A DNA stretch of 63,972 nucleotides from NCBI GenBank assembly GCA_051294375.1, contig CM119268.1:368443-432414 (forward strand), given 5' to 3'. Of this stretch, positions 38,959 to 51,669 are shown one piece after another. The stretch's first letter is position 1. Each line of letters opens with the position of its first letter. The notes below the pieces were generated by a model that saw only the letters and a list, made by a program, of their open reading frames with translations, was not told the DNA's origin and did no database searches. This DNA comes from Paraspadella gotoi. Taxonomy: Eukaryota > Animalia > Chaetognatha. Made by a program: the position numbers and the translations under genes.

Positions 38959-39938
38959 GCTCTCTCTCTCTCTCTCTCTCCTCTTCTCTTGTTTAGATAG
39001 TCGAACGACTCGCCTCTCTTAACTCCATCTACTTTCGATAAACAAAGATTCTCACCTTTTTTTCGCTATCATTCGTCTCCTTTCTTTCTTTATTTTGTTG
39101 ATGTCTCCTTCTTCCATCTTTTTCTTTTTATTTTGTATGTCTTTCTTCTTCCCCATCTTTTTCTTTTATTTTGTATGTTTCCTGCCTCCATCTTTTTCTT
39201 TCTATTATGTATGTCTCCTTCTTCTCGAATCTTTTTCTTCTATTTTTTATGTTCTCCTTTTTTCTCCTTCCTTTTTTTTTCTTATTTTGTTATGTCTCCT
39301 TCTTTCCATCTTTTTCTTTCTATTTTGTATGTCTTCTTCTTTTCCATCTTTTTTCTTTTTATTTTGTATGTCTCCTGCTCCATCTTTTTCTTTCTCTTTT
39401 TGTTATGTCTCCTTATTTTCCCAATCTTTTTCTTTCTATTTTGTTATGTCTCCTTTTTCTCATTCTTTTTATTTCTATTTTGTTATGTCTCCTTCTTCTC
39501 CTTCCTTATTTTCCTTTTTCTTTTCTAATCTATGTCTTCTTTTTTTCCTTTTTATCTCCTTCTTCTTTCCTTCCCTTTAATACTCCTTACTCTCCTTCTC
39601 TCCTTCCCATTTTATTCCCTCTCCTGAGTCGCGAGTCAAAGAAATCCGGTCAACTTGAGTTTCTACGTTTTTTCACTCACCTTCCCGATTTTTTCACAAA
39701 GAAAACACTGACTCTGTTTTTGTATTTTATTTTTCTATGTTGTTTATTGCTCTTTTTGTTTGTTTTTTTTTTGTTATTTTTGTTTTTTTTTTGTCTCATT
39801 TTCGATAGCACATTTTAGCTCTGATGACCTTTAAATCCCAAGTTCAGGAATTCTGTAAGTCAACTTATTTTATCTTCTTTCTAAAGTTCTTCGTTCGAAA
39901 CGATGAGAAGATTCCTTTTAGAAATTTTCCGTACTTCG

Positions 39939-39969
<31 letters not shown>

Positions 39970-40408
39970 GCGTCGTCTCGTTTTCGTCGGCGTCGTCGTC
40001 GAATCTGGGCATTCGATTCTTATTCATTCGCTATCTTTTGTGTTCTTGTTTCTTTGACGATGATAACGATGAAATACGAGACACGACCGAGGACGACGCG
40101 ACGACGACGATTATTAAACTGATGAATTTCAATCATTCCTTGGGCCAGTCAGTCAGGTCTGTCGGTCATTCACAATCTGCCCCGACTTGAAACCGATTCC
40201 TTACTTAAGCCATGTCTTAAGCCCCATCCCTTTCCCGACCCCTTCCTCGGACCCCTTCCCCACTAACTGCTTCACATACTTACCAGTCGGCTTACCCTCA
40301 CCCAATCAACACGCTTGTCCCCCTCGCTTTAAATCGGAAATGGTTTTAGAAGCTCGATTACATTAAGTTTAATGTAAACCCATTAAACGCGTCTCATCTC
40401 TCTCTCTT

Positions 40409-40470
<62 letters not shown>

Positions 40471-40582
40471 GTGTTTCGTTAGTTGCCAGCTGAACTTCAA
40501 TTAACCAACGATTCGAGAGAAAATGGATCCCAATATTTTTTTTATTTCGGACGCGAGAAAAAAAAAAAACAAAAAAGAGAGA

Positions 40583-40648
<66 letters not shown>

Positions 40649-41497
40649 AGAGAGAGAGAGAGAGAACGTGAAAGCGAGAGCGAGAGGAGGGGGCAACGAT
40701 CCAAAAATACAAAAACAAAAGAATGAATGACGTGAAAAAAACGCAATAGATAAGAAAGAGAGAGGAGAAAGAGAGAGAGGAGAAGAGGAGAGAGAGAGAG
40801 AGAGAAGGAGAGAGAGAGAGAGAGAGAATGCCCATCCAGGTACCTGTAATTTTTTTAAATTAGGGCTTCTTTTTTACACGATTAACTAAGCGCCCAACAA
40901 ATATTATTTCAATTTCAGAGATCGAATACGAGAGCGAGAGGAGGAGAGAAAGATATATATATCACATTATAACGGCTGCGAACATTCATGATTAAACTTT
41001 ATTTTGTCGTTTTTGCTCGACTTTATTCTACGTCGTTCCATGTCATTCATGTCATTCCATGTCGTCTCCGGCCAGATCTTAATATCACGCTTCCATGCCA
41101 TGTTCATTGTGCAAAGCACTTTCCACATTGTGCATTTATATATGTCCTTAAATATAGTAGTCACTGACGTCGCGCTTTTACTCTCTTCACAACATCAATT
41201 TCTTTAAGTAAGTTCCCGTCTTTCATTTTCAATTAAACGCCTAAACAAGTAAGGAAATAAAAAAAAGAAAAGAAAAGAAAAGAAAAAGAAAAGAAAAGAA
41301 AAAGAAAGAAAGAAAAAAAAAAGACCGAACTAAAAAAGAAAAAGAAAAGAAAAAAGAAAAGGAAAAGAAAGAAAAGAAAGAAAAGAAGAAAAAAAGAAAG
41401 AAAAAAGAGTCTGTCGTTCCCGAAGGTTAAAGCTTCTTCCTATCATGACCCTCTCCTCCTCCCCCTCTATCTCTTCTCTGCTCTCTCTCTTTCCTCT

Positions 41498-41500
<3 letters not shown>
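36790..41500. other. Error-rich second copy of 32145-36759 (4.6 kb), likely gap-fill artefact
   Basis: Colinear with the first copy and separated from it by exactly 25 N (36760-36784). Differences are almost all scattered 1-2 bp indels, which frameshift the exon copy at ~37796-38368. Confidence 0.88.
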
Positions 41501-41543
<43 letters not shown>

Positions 41544-41832
41544 CTCTCGCTCTCTCCTCCTCTCTCTCTCTCTCCTCTCTCTCTCTTCTCTAATCTCGTT
41601 CTCTATGTGTTGTGTTGACCACTTGTTTTTTCTTCCTCATTGATTTTCTGTTTTTTTCTCATCTCAGTTTTTTTCTTCTTCTTTTTCTTTCCTTTTATCT
41701 TTTTTTTCTTTTTTTTTCTACGCCTCTTTTCTTTCCACTTTTCTTTTTCTTTTTTACTTCCTCTTTTTATTCTTTTTTTCCCTCTTTTCATTATTTCCTT
41801 CCCTCCTTTTATTTTCTCCTTTCCTCATTTTA

Positions 41833-42092
41833 GGAAAAACAGTTTTAATGGCGAAAAACAACAAATTATTTAGTATTATTTAGTATTATTTAGTATTACA
41901 TCGGACATGTTTCGACTCTTGATTTTGCAAGTCTTCATCAGCGAGTCTTCATCAGCTGATTTAAGACTCGCAAAAACAAGAGTTAAAACATGTCCGATGT
42001 ACCAATACTAAATAATTAGTTGTTTTTTGCCATTAAAACTCTTTTTCCTTAAATTCAAATTACACAACAAAAAATAAGAGATTTACACAATG
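41833..42092 (+). mobile_element. Palindromic Penelope-like remnant with two divergent hammerhead motifs and a 3' tail
   Basis: Exact 16 bp flanking direct repeat tcctttcctcatttta (41817-41832, 42093-42108). ~100 bp inverted arms centred on atcagctgat (41951-41960). ~40 nt unpaired tail at 42054-42092. Confidence 0.75.
41901..41944 (-). ncRNA. Minimal type I hammerhead ribozyme motif (intact core)
   Basis: Minus strand UCG CUGAUGA A GACUUGCAAAAUCAAGAGUC GAAA CAUG UC/CGA: both conserved boxes, stem I UCG/CGA, stem II GACU/AGUC, GUC triplet. The plus-strand twin (41956-41997) has a degenerate core. Confidence 0.75.
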
Positions 42093-42536
42093 TCCTTTCC
42101 TCATTTTATGCTTTCCTTTATTTTTTTCTACATTTTTTATTTCCTTTTTCCTCCTTTTTTCTTTCCTTTCCTCCTTTTATTATTTTCTTTTATCCTTTTA
42201 TTATTTTTTTCCTCCTTTTTTTACTTTCCTCCTTTTATTGTTTCTTTCCTCTTTTTATACTCTCTTTTCCTCCTTTTATTATTTCCTTTCCTCTTTATAT
42301 TCGTGCCTTTCTTCTTTTTTTTTCTTTCCTTTTCTCCTTTTATTCTTTCTTTTTCTTTCATACGCGTTTATGACAGTCAGTACTTTTTTTTGTTTTCTTT
42401 CTTTCTTTCTTTCTTTAATGCGTTGATACGTCTGTTAATGAATGGATTCTTACTTGATCAATCGTTTATTAGCAAATGATATTAATATTTGTAATAATGT
42501 TCAGGGATGTAACTTTTCCTCCTAAATTCGTTTTTA

Positions 42537-42589
<53 letters not shown>

Positions 42590-43402
42590 GAGCGACTAAG
42601 AGAGCGACAGAGAGAGAAACATTCCATTCCACAAACCCATGACGCCATTTTGCTTTTCCCGAATTGTTTTTCCATTTATTTCTTATCGTCCCTGGAAAAA
42701 AACTCATTTGAAGGTCATCGCAATTTTGCTTCTCTTTCGTCTTTTCTTTTTTCTCTCTTTTTATACCTCTCTTTTTGATCTGTTAAGGTTTCCTCTCTTT
42801 CCTATTAATATTTTTTCTTTTCCTCATTTTATCTTTCTTATTTCCTTCTTCTTCTTGCTCAACTTTCCTTCTTTCCTTCTTCCCTCCTTTCTCCTCCCTC
42901 TCTCTCCCTCTCTCTCTTCCCCTTTCCTCCTCCCCTCCTCTCTCCCCCTTCCCTCACTCCCTCTCTCTCTCTTTTCCTCTCTCTCTCCCCCTTTCTTCCT
43001 CCCCTCCTCTATCTCTTCCCTCTTTCCCTCTCTCTCCTCCATCTCTCTCTCTCTCTCCCTCTCTCTCCCTCTTTCTCCTCCCACTCTTCTTCTAAACCCG
43101 TGGATCGATTTTTTTTCTTTTGTCAAACGAAATGTTTACGACCATTTGTGTCCCCTTGACAGGGACTCTCGGCTGTCATTGTCATTGGCGGGGAACGGTG
43201 TCACTGTCAGTCTGTCAGTTGCGGTTGTCAGCAGATGATCGCGGCAGTCATCTGTCAGCTTGGTCTGTCTGTCTGTCTGTCTTACTTCCTGTTTGTCTGT
43301 CTGTCTGTCTGTCTGCTTGGTAAATAAGAGCTCCCATATTTATGACAATATCAGTTTAGTTAGAAATTATTAACTATTCCTATTTAAAGTTGATCCTTTT
43401 CT

Positions 43403-43615
43403 TTGAAATATTATACCACTTCATTGATAGGGAAGCCGGGAACTCTGGGAGTGATTAAACGAGACTGTGAGAGAGTCTTGATTGAAATCTTAGAGGGACC
43501 TGCTATGTCATTAACTTGTATGAGTGATGGAGGCCTTAAACCACCAAAGCCTCTCCAAAGTCAGGGGCAAGATAGCATATTTATTAAAGTAATGGATAAT
43601 TTTTAAAATGGTTGT
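43403..43615 (+). repeat. Dispersed coding-like repeat fragment, interrupted by SINE insertion
   Basis: Homologous to 25545-25760 (minus). The sequence resumes at 43882 (gttgtaccaattt, compare gattgtacccattt at 20621). Confidence 0.72.
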
Positions 43616-43881
43616 CTGGTGGTCCTATCACCACATATGGATTAAAGCTGTTTCTACCGCAGCGCCTCAGTGGCTCAGTGGTCTAATGCACCATCCCAAT
43701 GTGCGTCCCTGGTTCGAGCCCTGAGGTTGTCATGTAGAAAGTGGGTTGGACCGGGTAACCCGCCTGTAGGCAAGGGCCTACTGTCAGATCCAAAGCTCTG
43801 GACTACATGAACATGCTGTCTCGCTGTCGCCACGAGGTTACACCGCTGCAGGTGTGGCGCCCAGTAAAACCAGCCTCTTCA
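43616..43881 (+). mobile_element. tRNA-derived SINE-like insertion
   Basis: Pol III A box TGGCTCAGTGG (43671-43681) and B box GGTTCGAGCC (43711-43720); GC-rich body ending ggcgcccagtaaaac; flanked by gttgt duplication (43611-43615, 43882-43886). Confidence 0.7.
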
Positions 43882-44511
43882 GTTGTACCAATTTCCTTTG
43901 TAAAAAGAAGTCATAGATAATCCATGGATGTAATATTATGTAATATTTTACGATCATTTCGACGCCATACAAGGTTGGGCGCCGAGTGCCGTTAACTGTC
44001 CTCAGGCGTTATTTAAAATTTATTGCATTTGTCGGCTGGAATCTAATGGCAACATTCGATGCCAGATGGAATACGTTTCTCGCCCTCCAATGTCCAACTG
44101 GTGCCTTTTTCCTTCCCAGTTTCGCACCTTTGTTCGTTTTGTTTATTCCGTCTCTATGGTTACGCGTCTTCTGTTTTCGCGTCGCCGACGGTGAAGAACG
44201 ACAACCTAGGGTGCCAAGAGATGATTTGCGGTGCCAAGAGATAGGTTATCTTGTAGTGCCAAGAAACTCTTAATCTCGCGAACATAGAGATTGAGTCAGG
44301 CAGTGAGATAGAGATAGAGTCAAACTGTAAAAGGTAAGAAAAATCGTTGAAATGTTAAATGTCCTGATAGCAATCAAAAAAACTGTAAATAAAATATGAA
44401 AAAGAAAGAAATAAGCAAAGGATAAAATAAAAAAAATCCGAGGGCATTTAAGGGGAGCGAAAATATACTGAAAGAAGCATTTGAAGTAACGCTGAAAGAG
44501 TCACCAACCTT

Positions 44512-44735
44512 GCACCGAAAGTGGGTTTGAGTTGGGGCCAAAAGTGATATTTAAAGTAGCACCGAAAGTGAGTTTGAGTTGGGGCCAAAAGTGGGTTTGA
44601 GTTGGGGTTAAAAGTGATATTTAAAGTAGCACCGAAAGTGGGTTTGAGTTGGGGCCAAAAGGGGTATTCAAAGTGGCAACAAAAGTGGGTTTGAGTTGGG
44701 GCCAAAAGTGGTATTCAAAGTGGCACCAAAACTGG
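44512..44735. repeat. Compound minisatellite (aaagtgggtttgagttggggcc / aaagtgatatttaaagtagcaccg)
   Basis: Two alternating ~23 bp subunits, ~10 units. Confidence 0.9.
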
Positions 44736-45345
44736 CAGCCAAAACCTGTCGTCGCGACAAGAATTAAATGACGTGAAAACGAAAACCAGAAAAGTGGAAA
44801 ATTGAAAAAGATTTCCGATTAGGATTTTTTTTTACCTTTTCTAAGATGCAAACTATTTTAAAAATACTTACAGGAAAAAGTCATAAGTAAAATATACAAT
44901 TAACAGTTTAATAAACTTAGTTGCAAGATTCGAAAGTTTGGAAAAACTTAGTTTTTGAATAAAGAAATCACGGATAAATTTTTCAATTTACCGAAAATTA
45001 TATCTTAATTTTTACAATAACGTTGTCGTGACCCATCATCATCGTCATCAGCATCAAAATTCATCATCCTTATTTTCGTCGTCATCATCATATTTGTCGT
45101 CAATATCATTGTCATCGTTTTCTTCGTAATCATCATCGTAATTTTCGTCGTCATCATCATCTTTATCATCATCATGATATACTCTTTCCAAAGAAATTAA
45201 CTCATCAGACGTAACGCTTTCCTAAGATTTGGTTGCAGCATTTTTCACAGTATTTTTGCCGCATTTTTTCATCCTTCGCAGCATCCAATACTTTCCGCTT
45301 CCGACACAGTTTGTCTCCTGCGTCTCCCGTTCGTTTTCCGCTTCG

Positions 45346-45378
<33 letters not shown>

Positions 45379-45864
45379 NNNNNNNNNNNNNNNNNNNNNN
45401 NNNNNNNNNNNNNNNNNNNNNNNNNNNNNNNNNNNNNNNNNNNNNNNNNNNNNNNNNNNNNNNNNNNNNNNNNNNNNNNNNNNNNNNNNNNNNNNNNNNN
45501 CTCTCTCTCTCTCGCCAATTCCAGCGCTGAGATACTTAATTCCGCATCTCTACCGCTTTCGCTTTTTGAACATCTAAATCTGCTTGGAGAAAAATCTTTA
45601 GTAACCAAAACCTGACTATTTCTTCAAGTTTCTTACTAGTTTTATTAGTTGCGCCCGGTCTGTCTGTCTGTCGGTCGGAATGTCTGTCCGTCGGTCCGTC
45701 CTTCCCTTTATTTTCTCTTCCCTTTTCCCTTTCGATTTGTTTTTCCTTTTTTTCCTCCTCCTTCTCTTTGAACCGAACGGTGACCCCAAAGGCCACGCCC
45801 ACGAATTTGTGGCCAAAACTCTTCCTTCCGTGTTTACACTTTTTTACGATTCATCCTTGGCGCT

Positions 45865-45930
<66 letters not shown>

Positions 45931-46053
45931 GTCGATGTTACTCTCTCCTCGTTCGCGATTTCCCCATCGTCAGTCACGCCACAGTAAACGAAAGTTTTTG
46001 TCGGACGATAACTCACAGATGCGTTGGACAATAAGTCACTGTGGTGTTTGATA

Positions 46054-46605
46054 AAAACAAGTTTGAGCAAACAATGTCGGCTCTGCCCACGATCATTGGC
46101 GGTAATTAATTAATTAATTAATACAAACTATATAAACTAAAATAATAATTTAATTAATAAATTATTTAATTTGATCCGAAATGTTGGTTTTTAGGCCTTT
46201 TCGTCACTGAACACGACAAAAGCATTGATTGAATAATTAATTAATTTATAAATAAATTGATTGATTGAATAATTAATTAATAGATAACTAAATAAATTGA
46301 TTTTTTGAATAATTAATTGATTAATTGACCGATTTATTAATTATTATTTAATTAATTGACTAATTGATTAATTAATAAATCTTGCATTTACATTCAATAT
46401 AAAAAGAAAAAAAGCATTTCATCATTTTAATCAATTAGTGAAACGGTTTTTTTTGTTTTTTCCATTTAAACTCATTTCCACTAAGACGATTCTATCGAAA
46501 CTTGGTTTTCAGCCAAATCATACACTTTCCTACCATCACACAAAATTACAAGTCAATTGCCCCATCCACTCATGAGTAATTGGCGTTCAAATAGTGAAAT
46601 AGATT
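46054..46605 (-). mobile_element. HINE/DINE-1-like copy, 3' portion
   Basis: aaacaagtttgagcaaacaatgtcggctctgcccacgatcatt terminus plus core unit. Truncated at the minisatellite. Confidence 0.8.
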
Positions 46606-46607
46606 GT

Positions 46608-46980
46608 TTCATACTTCATCAAATCACCTCCTACTACATCATACTACATCAAATCAAATCACAGCATATCGCACTACATCAAACCACAATTCATATAATC
46701 ATACTACCTCACACTACATCAAATCATTTCATACTACATCAACACTACCTCACAACTTATTCAAACCACTTATATTACATCATACTACCACACACTACAT
46801 CAGAATTCATTTTCATACTACATCACACTACCTCAAACTACATCAAACCACTTCATATTACATCATACCACCTCACACTACATCAAATTATTTCATATTA
46901 CATCATACTACCTCACACTACATCAAATCATTTCATACTACATCACATTACATCACACTACATCAAATCACCTCTCATCA
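46608..46980. repeat. Degenerate 5/10 bp repeat (catactacat/cacactacat/caaat)
   Basis: Continuous array. Confidence 0.85.
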
Positions 46981-47088
46981 CTCAAACCCAACCTTCTTTC
47001 GAATCTTAACTCCAACGCGTTTCCCTCCACTGAGACCAGGAGAGGTGACGCCATTTGCGTTTAGGTTTTATGGAATTGCAAGGAAAAC

Positions 47089-47128
<40 letters not shown>

Positions 47129-47205
47129 TCCCGGTAATTGCATTTGACTGGCCGTTCCCCCTTTTTTCGTATCACAACAAAGCGTTAATTTACTTACTCT
47201 GCGTA

Positions 47206-47241
<36 letters not shown>

Positions 47242-47656
47242 TCGTCGTCGTCTCGTCGTCATTTTCACCGTAGGCGTCGTGTTTGTAGTCGTCGTTGTCG
47301 CTGTCATTTTTGTTGTCATCATCGTCGTCGTCATCATCTTCTTCGTCATCATCTTTGTCGTCATCATCATCGTCGTTGTCATCAACTTTGTCATCTTCAT
47401 CATCGTTTTCTTCATCGTCATCAAAATTCATCATCTTCATTTTCGTCGTCATCATCATCTTTATCATCATCATCGGGGTCTTAAATGTTGTCGTCGTCAT
47501 CATCTTTGTCGTCATCATCGTCTTCACTGTCATTGTTTTCATCGTCATCATTGTCGTCGTCATCGTCATCATCGTCATTTTCGTCGTCGTCATCATCATC
47601 GTCGTCTTAATTGTCGCTGTTGTCTCGGTCTTTATATTTAAATTATTTATTCTCCT

Positions 47657-47710
<54 letters not shown>
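47657..47710. repeat. Perfect (GCG)18 microsatellite
   Basis: 54 bp pure GC run next to long (TCR)n degenerate tracts. Confidence 0.95.
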
Positions 47711-47711
<1 letters not shown>

Positions 47712-49284
47712 AACATCCTTCCTCTCATTTTTGCTTTTGTGTCGTCGTCATGAGTCGAGATCCGCCCACACACGAGATCCGCCCACACACGACGTTGAAG
47801 CCATTTGTTGTCATTAAAGCCAAGCTGAGGTTTTTGAAAAAGAAGCTGTGGTCTTGATTGTGATGCTGTGGTCTTGAATGTGAAGCTGAGGTTTTTTTTG
47901 TTATAATTGTTTAATTGTATGATATTCTCTGCATGATTTTAAATACGTTTTACGGTTTAGAGTCGTCATCATTTTAACTGTCATCAATTTCGTCGTTATC
48001 ATCGACATCACTGTCATCGTTGTCTTCATTGTCATCGTTGTCTTCATCATCTTCGGGATCCTTGTTTTCCTTTTGACCATCATTGTTTTCGTCGTCATCA
48101 TCATCATCGTCGTCGTCGGTCTGGTGGTCAACATCGTTCTTTTATTCGTCGGCATCATCGTCTCGTCGTCGTCTTTGTCGTCGTCTTCTTCTTCGTCGTC
48201 CTCATTCCTAATCCCCCATTTTGCATGTTTTTTCGATTATTTCAAATTTTGATCCCGAATTCAGAATAATTGCGCCGTTTATAGCTGAGGCTTTTAAATC
48301 CCCAACGCGACTGAAGGCGGAGGAAAAAAAAGAAAAAGAGGCCGTTGACCGGCGTCTCCTCCCTCTCGCTCTCGTCGACATCGAGTCTCATCTCTCTCTC
48401 TCTCTCGGGCAGCTCAGAAAGAAGTATATGCCATAAATTACAGAGAATCAGAAAATGGGGAATGTGCAACGTTTCTAAACTATTTAGTATTTTTAAAATG
48501 AATTTTGGTACGATCGATAGGAAATTCAAAATATTATCTACATGACTAAATTTGCATCAAATCGATAATCCGTTCAATAAGTTATGGCAAAAAACGTCGT
48601 CTCGAAAAATTCCGCGCATTCGAATCGATCAACTTCGCTTAAAATCGAACTCGGTTTTGATCCAATAAGGATTTGAACCTACGCGTGAGTATTAGAGCTT
48701 AAATCGTAATCGGAGATTAGGACGCAAATCGGCGCCTCGTAGAGAAAGTAAAAGTTGAAAGAAGCGAAAGCGAAGCGAAAAGAGGTATCCCATGCTGAGA
48801 AAGGTAAATTGATAAAAATAAGATGAAAAATTATAGGACTAGAATATTAGAGATAAATCATAAGAAGAGACAAAACAAGTTATCAATCGCAAAGGTAATA
48901 GCGCGAGTGATATCGCGCAGCTAAAATTAATATTATAGAGCTAAGCGTCATTTACAACTTTAATATGTTAATGATCAAGATCAGGAATTAAAGATTGAGA
49001 ATTCACTATCCGGTCACTGTCACGATTTAATTTTCAATCTTTTGAGCATTTTCCAATTTGAAGAAATTGATTTGACAATATGATACAATAAAACTATGAT
49101 TGAAAGAGAAAATGATGATTATGACAAATCGATGAAATGAATAAAATTAATTAAACTAATTAACTGATGACGAAGTTTTTAATATTTAAAATTTCATATC
49201 CTGAATCCTCTAATTTTTATTATAAATAAGATGAGCAAACACTTGATCGGATTTGCCTTCATAATTTTAGTGCCAATGCAGCTA

Positions 49285-50395
49285 AAGTAATGCAAGTTGA
49301 AGAAAAGTAATGCAAGTTTGAAAAGAAGTATGCAGATTGAAAAAGTATGCAAGAGTATGCAATTTAAAAAAAATTGGCAATTTGAAGAAAGTATTGCAAA
49401 ACGTATCGCAATTTGGAAAAAATGTATGCAAAAGTATGCAATTTGAAAGAACAATGTATGCAAAAAGTATGCCAATTTGAAAAAATGTATGCAACAGTAT
49501 GCAATTTGAAAAATGTAATGCAAAAAGTTGCAATATAAAAAATGTATGCAAAAGTATGCACACCTTAAAAAAGTATGCAATAAGTATGACATAATTCGGA
49601 AAAGATGCCATACTTGAAAAAGTAGGCATAACTTCGAAAAAAGTAATGCCTAATTTTTTGAGTATGCATACTTTTTCAAAGTATGCATACTTTTTCCAAT
49701 TATGCAGTACTTTTTCCAATTATGCATACTTTTTTCAAAAGTAGCCATACTTCCAAAAAAGTATGCCCATACTCTTGAAAAAGTATTGGACATACTTTAA
49801 AAAAAGTATGGCATACTTTAAAAAAGTATGCATACTTCAAAAAGATAATGCATACTATTAAAAAAAGAATGCGATACTTTGAAAAAGTAATGCATAAACT
49901 TGAAAAAAGTATGCCATACATTGGGAAAAAGTAATGCGCATATTTTAAAAAAGTATCGAAGTTCCAAAACAGTGATGCATACTTGTGAAAAAGTAATGCC
50001 TACTTCTTTTGAAGTATGCATACTTTTTTCAAAGTATGCATACTTTTTTTAAAATATGCATACCTTTTTTCAAAGTACGTCAAACGTCAATGAATGACTA
50101 GCATCGCATCAAATGAATGACAATGCATGCGCAATCAATGAATGCACTATCATCGCATCAATGAATGCAACTATCACGGCGTCAATGAATGAATTATCAT
50201 ACGATGCAATGAAGGACTATCATCGCATCAATGAAATGATTTATCAATCGCATCAATGAAATGACTATCATCGCATCCTCATTTGGTTATGCATCGCCAT
50301 CAATCCTTCGGTTATCAATCGCATCAATATTTTTGGTATCAATCAGCATAATATTTGGTTATCATGCTGCAATCAAATATCTGGTTATCATCAAA
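49285..50395. repeat. Degenerate minisatellite block: (aaaagtatgcatacttt)n then (atcatcgcatcaatgaatgact)n
   Basis: ~17-19 bp palindromic units to ~50080, then ~22 bp units to ~50395. Confidence 0.85.
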
Positions 50396-50594
50396 AGTAT
50401 GTAATGGAAGGCCACATCCGATCCGTACCTGATTGCTTTTTAAAAGATTTTATTGAACGCGGTTTTGTCACTATCACATAACAATAATTAATGTCTCTTC
50501 AAGAGATAAGATAAAGAGACTGCAACAAGGGACAAAATGACGCCTAGAACGCCAATATCTACGGCGGGTGAAATCAAAACATTCATACAGACCG

Positions 50595-51170
50595 CGTTCT
50601 AGAAGACGTAAAAATACCAGTAAAGCCATGTTGAAAGTTGGGTATTTATCTGGCCCGGATCGCGCAGGATCAATGCTTATTTCTGTTTAATTGACGTCCG
50701 TCCAGTTGGATAACCTACGTCAACCATTTTCGAATACAGACCGGAACGCGCTAAAAAAAGCCTTTTAGGTGCAAAAAACTGGATATCCTGTTCTATTGCT
50801 CTAAATTTAATATTAACTCTCTAATTTACCCCTGCGCTCCTCTAGCCTGAAAGCCAGATAGTAAAAACAATACAGTTTCTCTTCGTTGGTCTATAGAACA
50901 AAAAACAAATTGAAAGGCTTGACTACTGCAGTTTTCACATAAACAAACCAGTTCAGTGTGATTGCTTTCTCAAGGCATTCAGATTGCAAGGAATATGTAA
51001 AACTCTTGTTTAAACTTTTGTTTGTTTATCTAGTCAGAGAAGACACATAAGCTATCCGGAAACCCGTACTGATATGTAGTGATTTGTGCTATTTACAAAG
51101 AATCAAGCAGGTTTTTGGGAAAAGGGAAAAACGGTCTGATCCAGTTCATTTTTAAATACCATTGTTTGGG
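50595..51170 (+). pseudogene. Highly degenerate non-LTR retrotransposon reverse transcriptase fragments
   Basis: Frameshifted motifs: LEDVK..MLKVG..SGPD (~50600-50660; compare LK.GKA.GPD), IAFSKAFDC.EYVKLLFKL (~50960-51016; compare DFSKAFD...LL.KL), YLSQRR (~51027), NQAGF..KGKTVD...LNTIV (~51101-51165; compare QAGFRKGRSTVDHIF.L). Confidence 0.5.
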
Positions 51171-51669
51171 CATGATAAAAATGGGGAATTTCGATCGCTG
51201 CGCTACTACTCCGTTGGCTTCCCAAGACGCACAAGCCTGTTCGAATCTACCCATGATTGATAAATTTAAATGGGCCTTGACTATGCAGTTTGAATTAGGA
51301 AAGTGAAAATATAGAGGAATCTTGAGTCGAACTTCGATTCGAACGATGCGCAGGCCAGCTACAGAAAACCTGAAAGTAGCGATAATGAGAAAAATATGCA
51401 ATGCGGGAATTTTTAGAGAAAAAAATTAAAACAAATAAAAGTAAAGGATTAAAAAAACAAGAACGGTAATTCAAATGGGTTGCGCCGCAGTGACTGCCTT
51501 ATCACTTGTATTTCTTGGGACTTGACATGACGTGACATAAGATGACCTGACATAACATGACTACATGACTCCAATAACTTTCTTAGTGTATTTATGACAT
51601 GCACTGCATCAAAATTCGGTCTTTAATTCTTTATAGTTTTAGGATATCCTGAAGGCGGCGCTAGCTTAT

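Noticed and set aside
43934-44273. Complex-sequence stretch with open frames of roughly 85-95 codons
   Set aside because: Several frames on both strands are open, with no recognisable motif or convincing splice pair.
47006-47788. 260 aa Arg/Thr/Asp-rich ORF
   Set aside because: It is a concatenation of (GCG)n and (GAY)n trinucleotide tracts with register changes. A similar tract recurs at 45030-45175.
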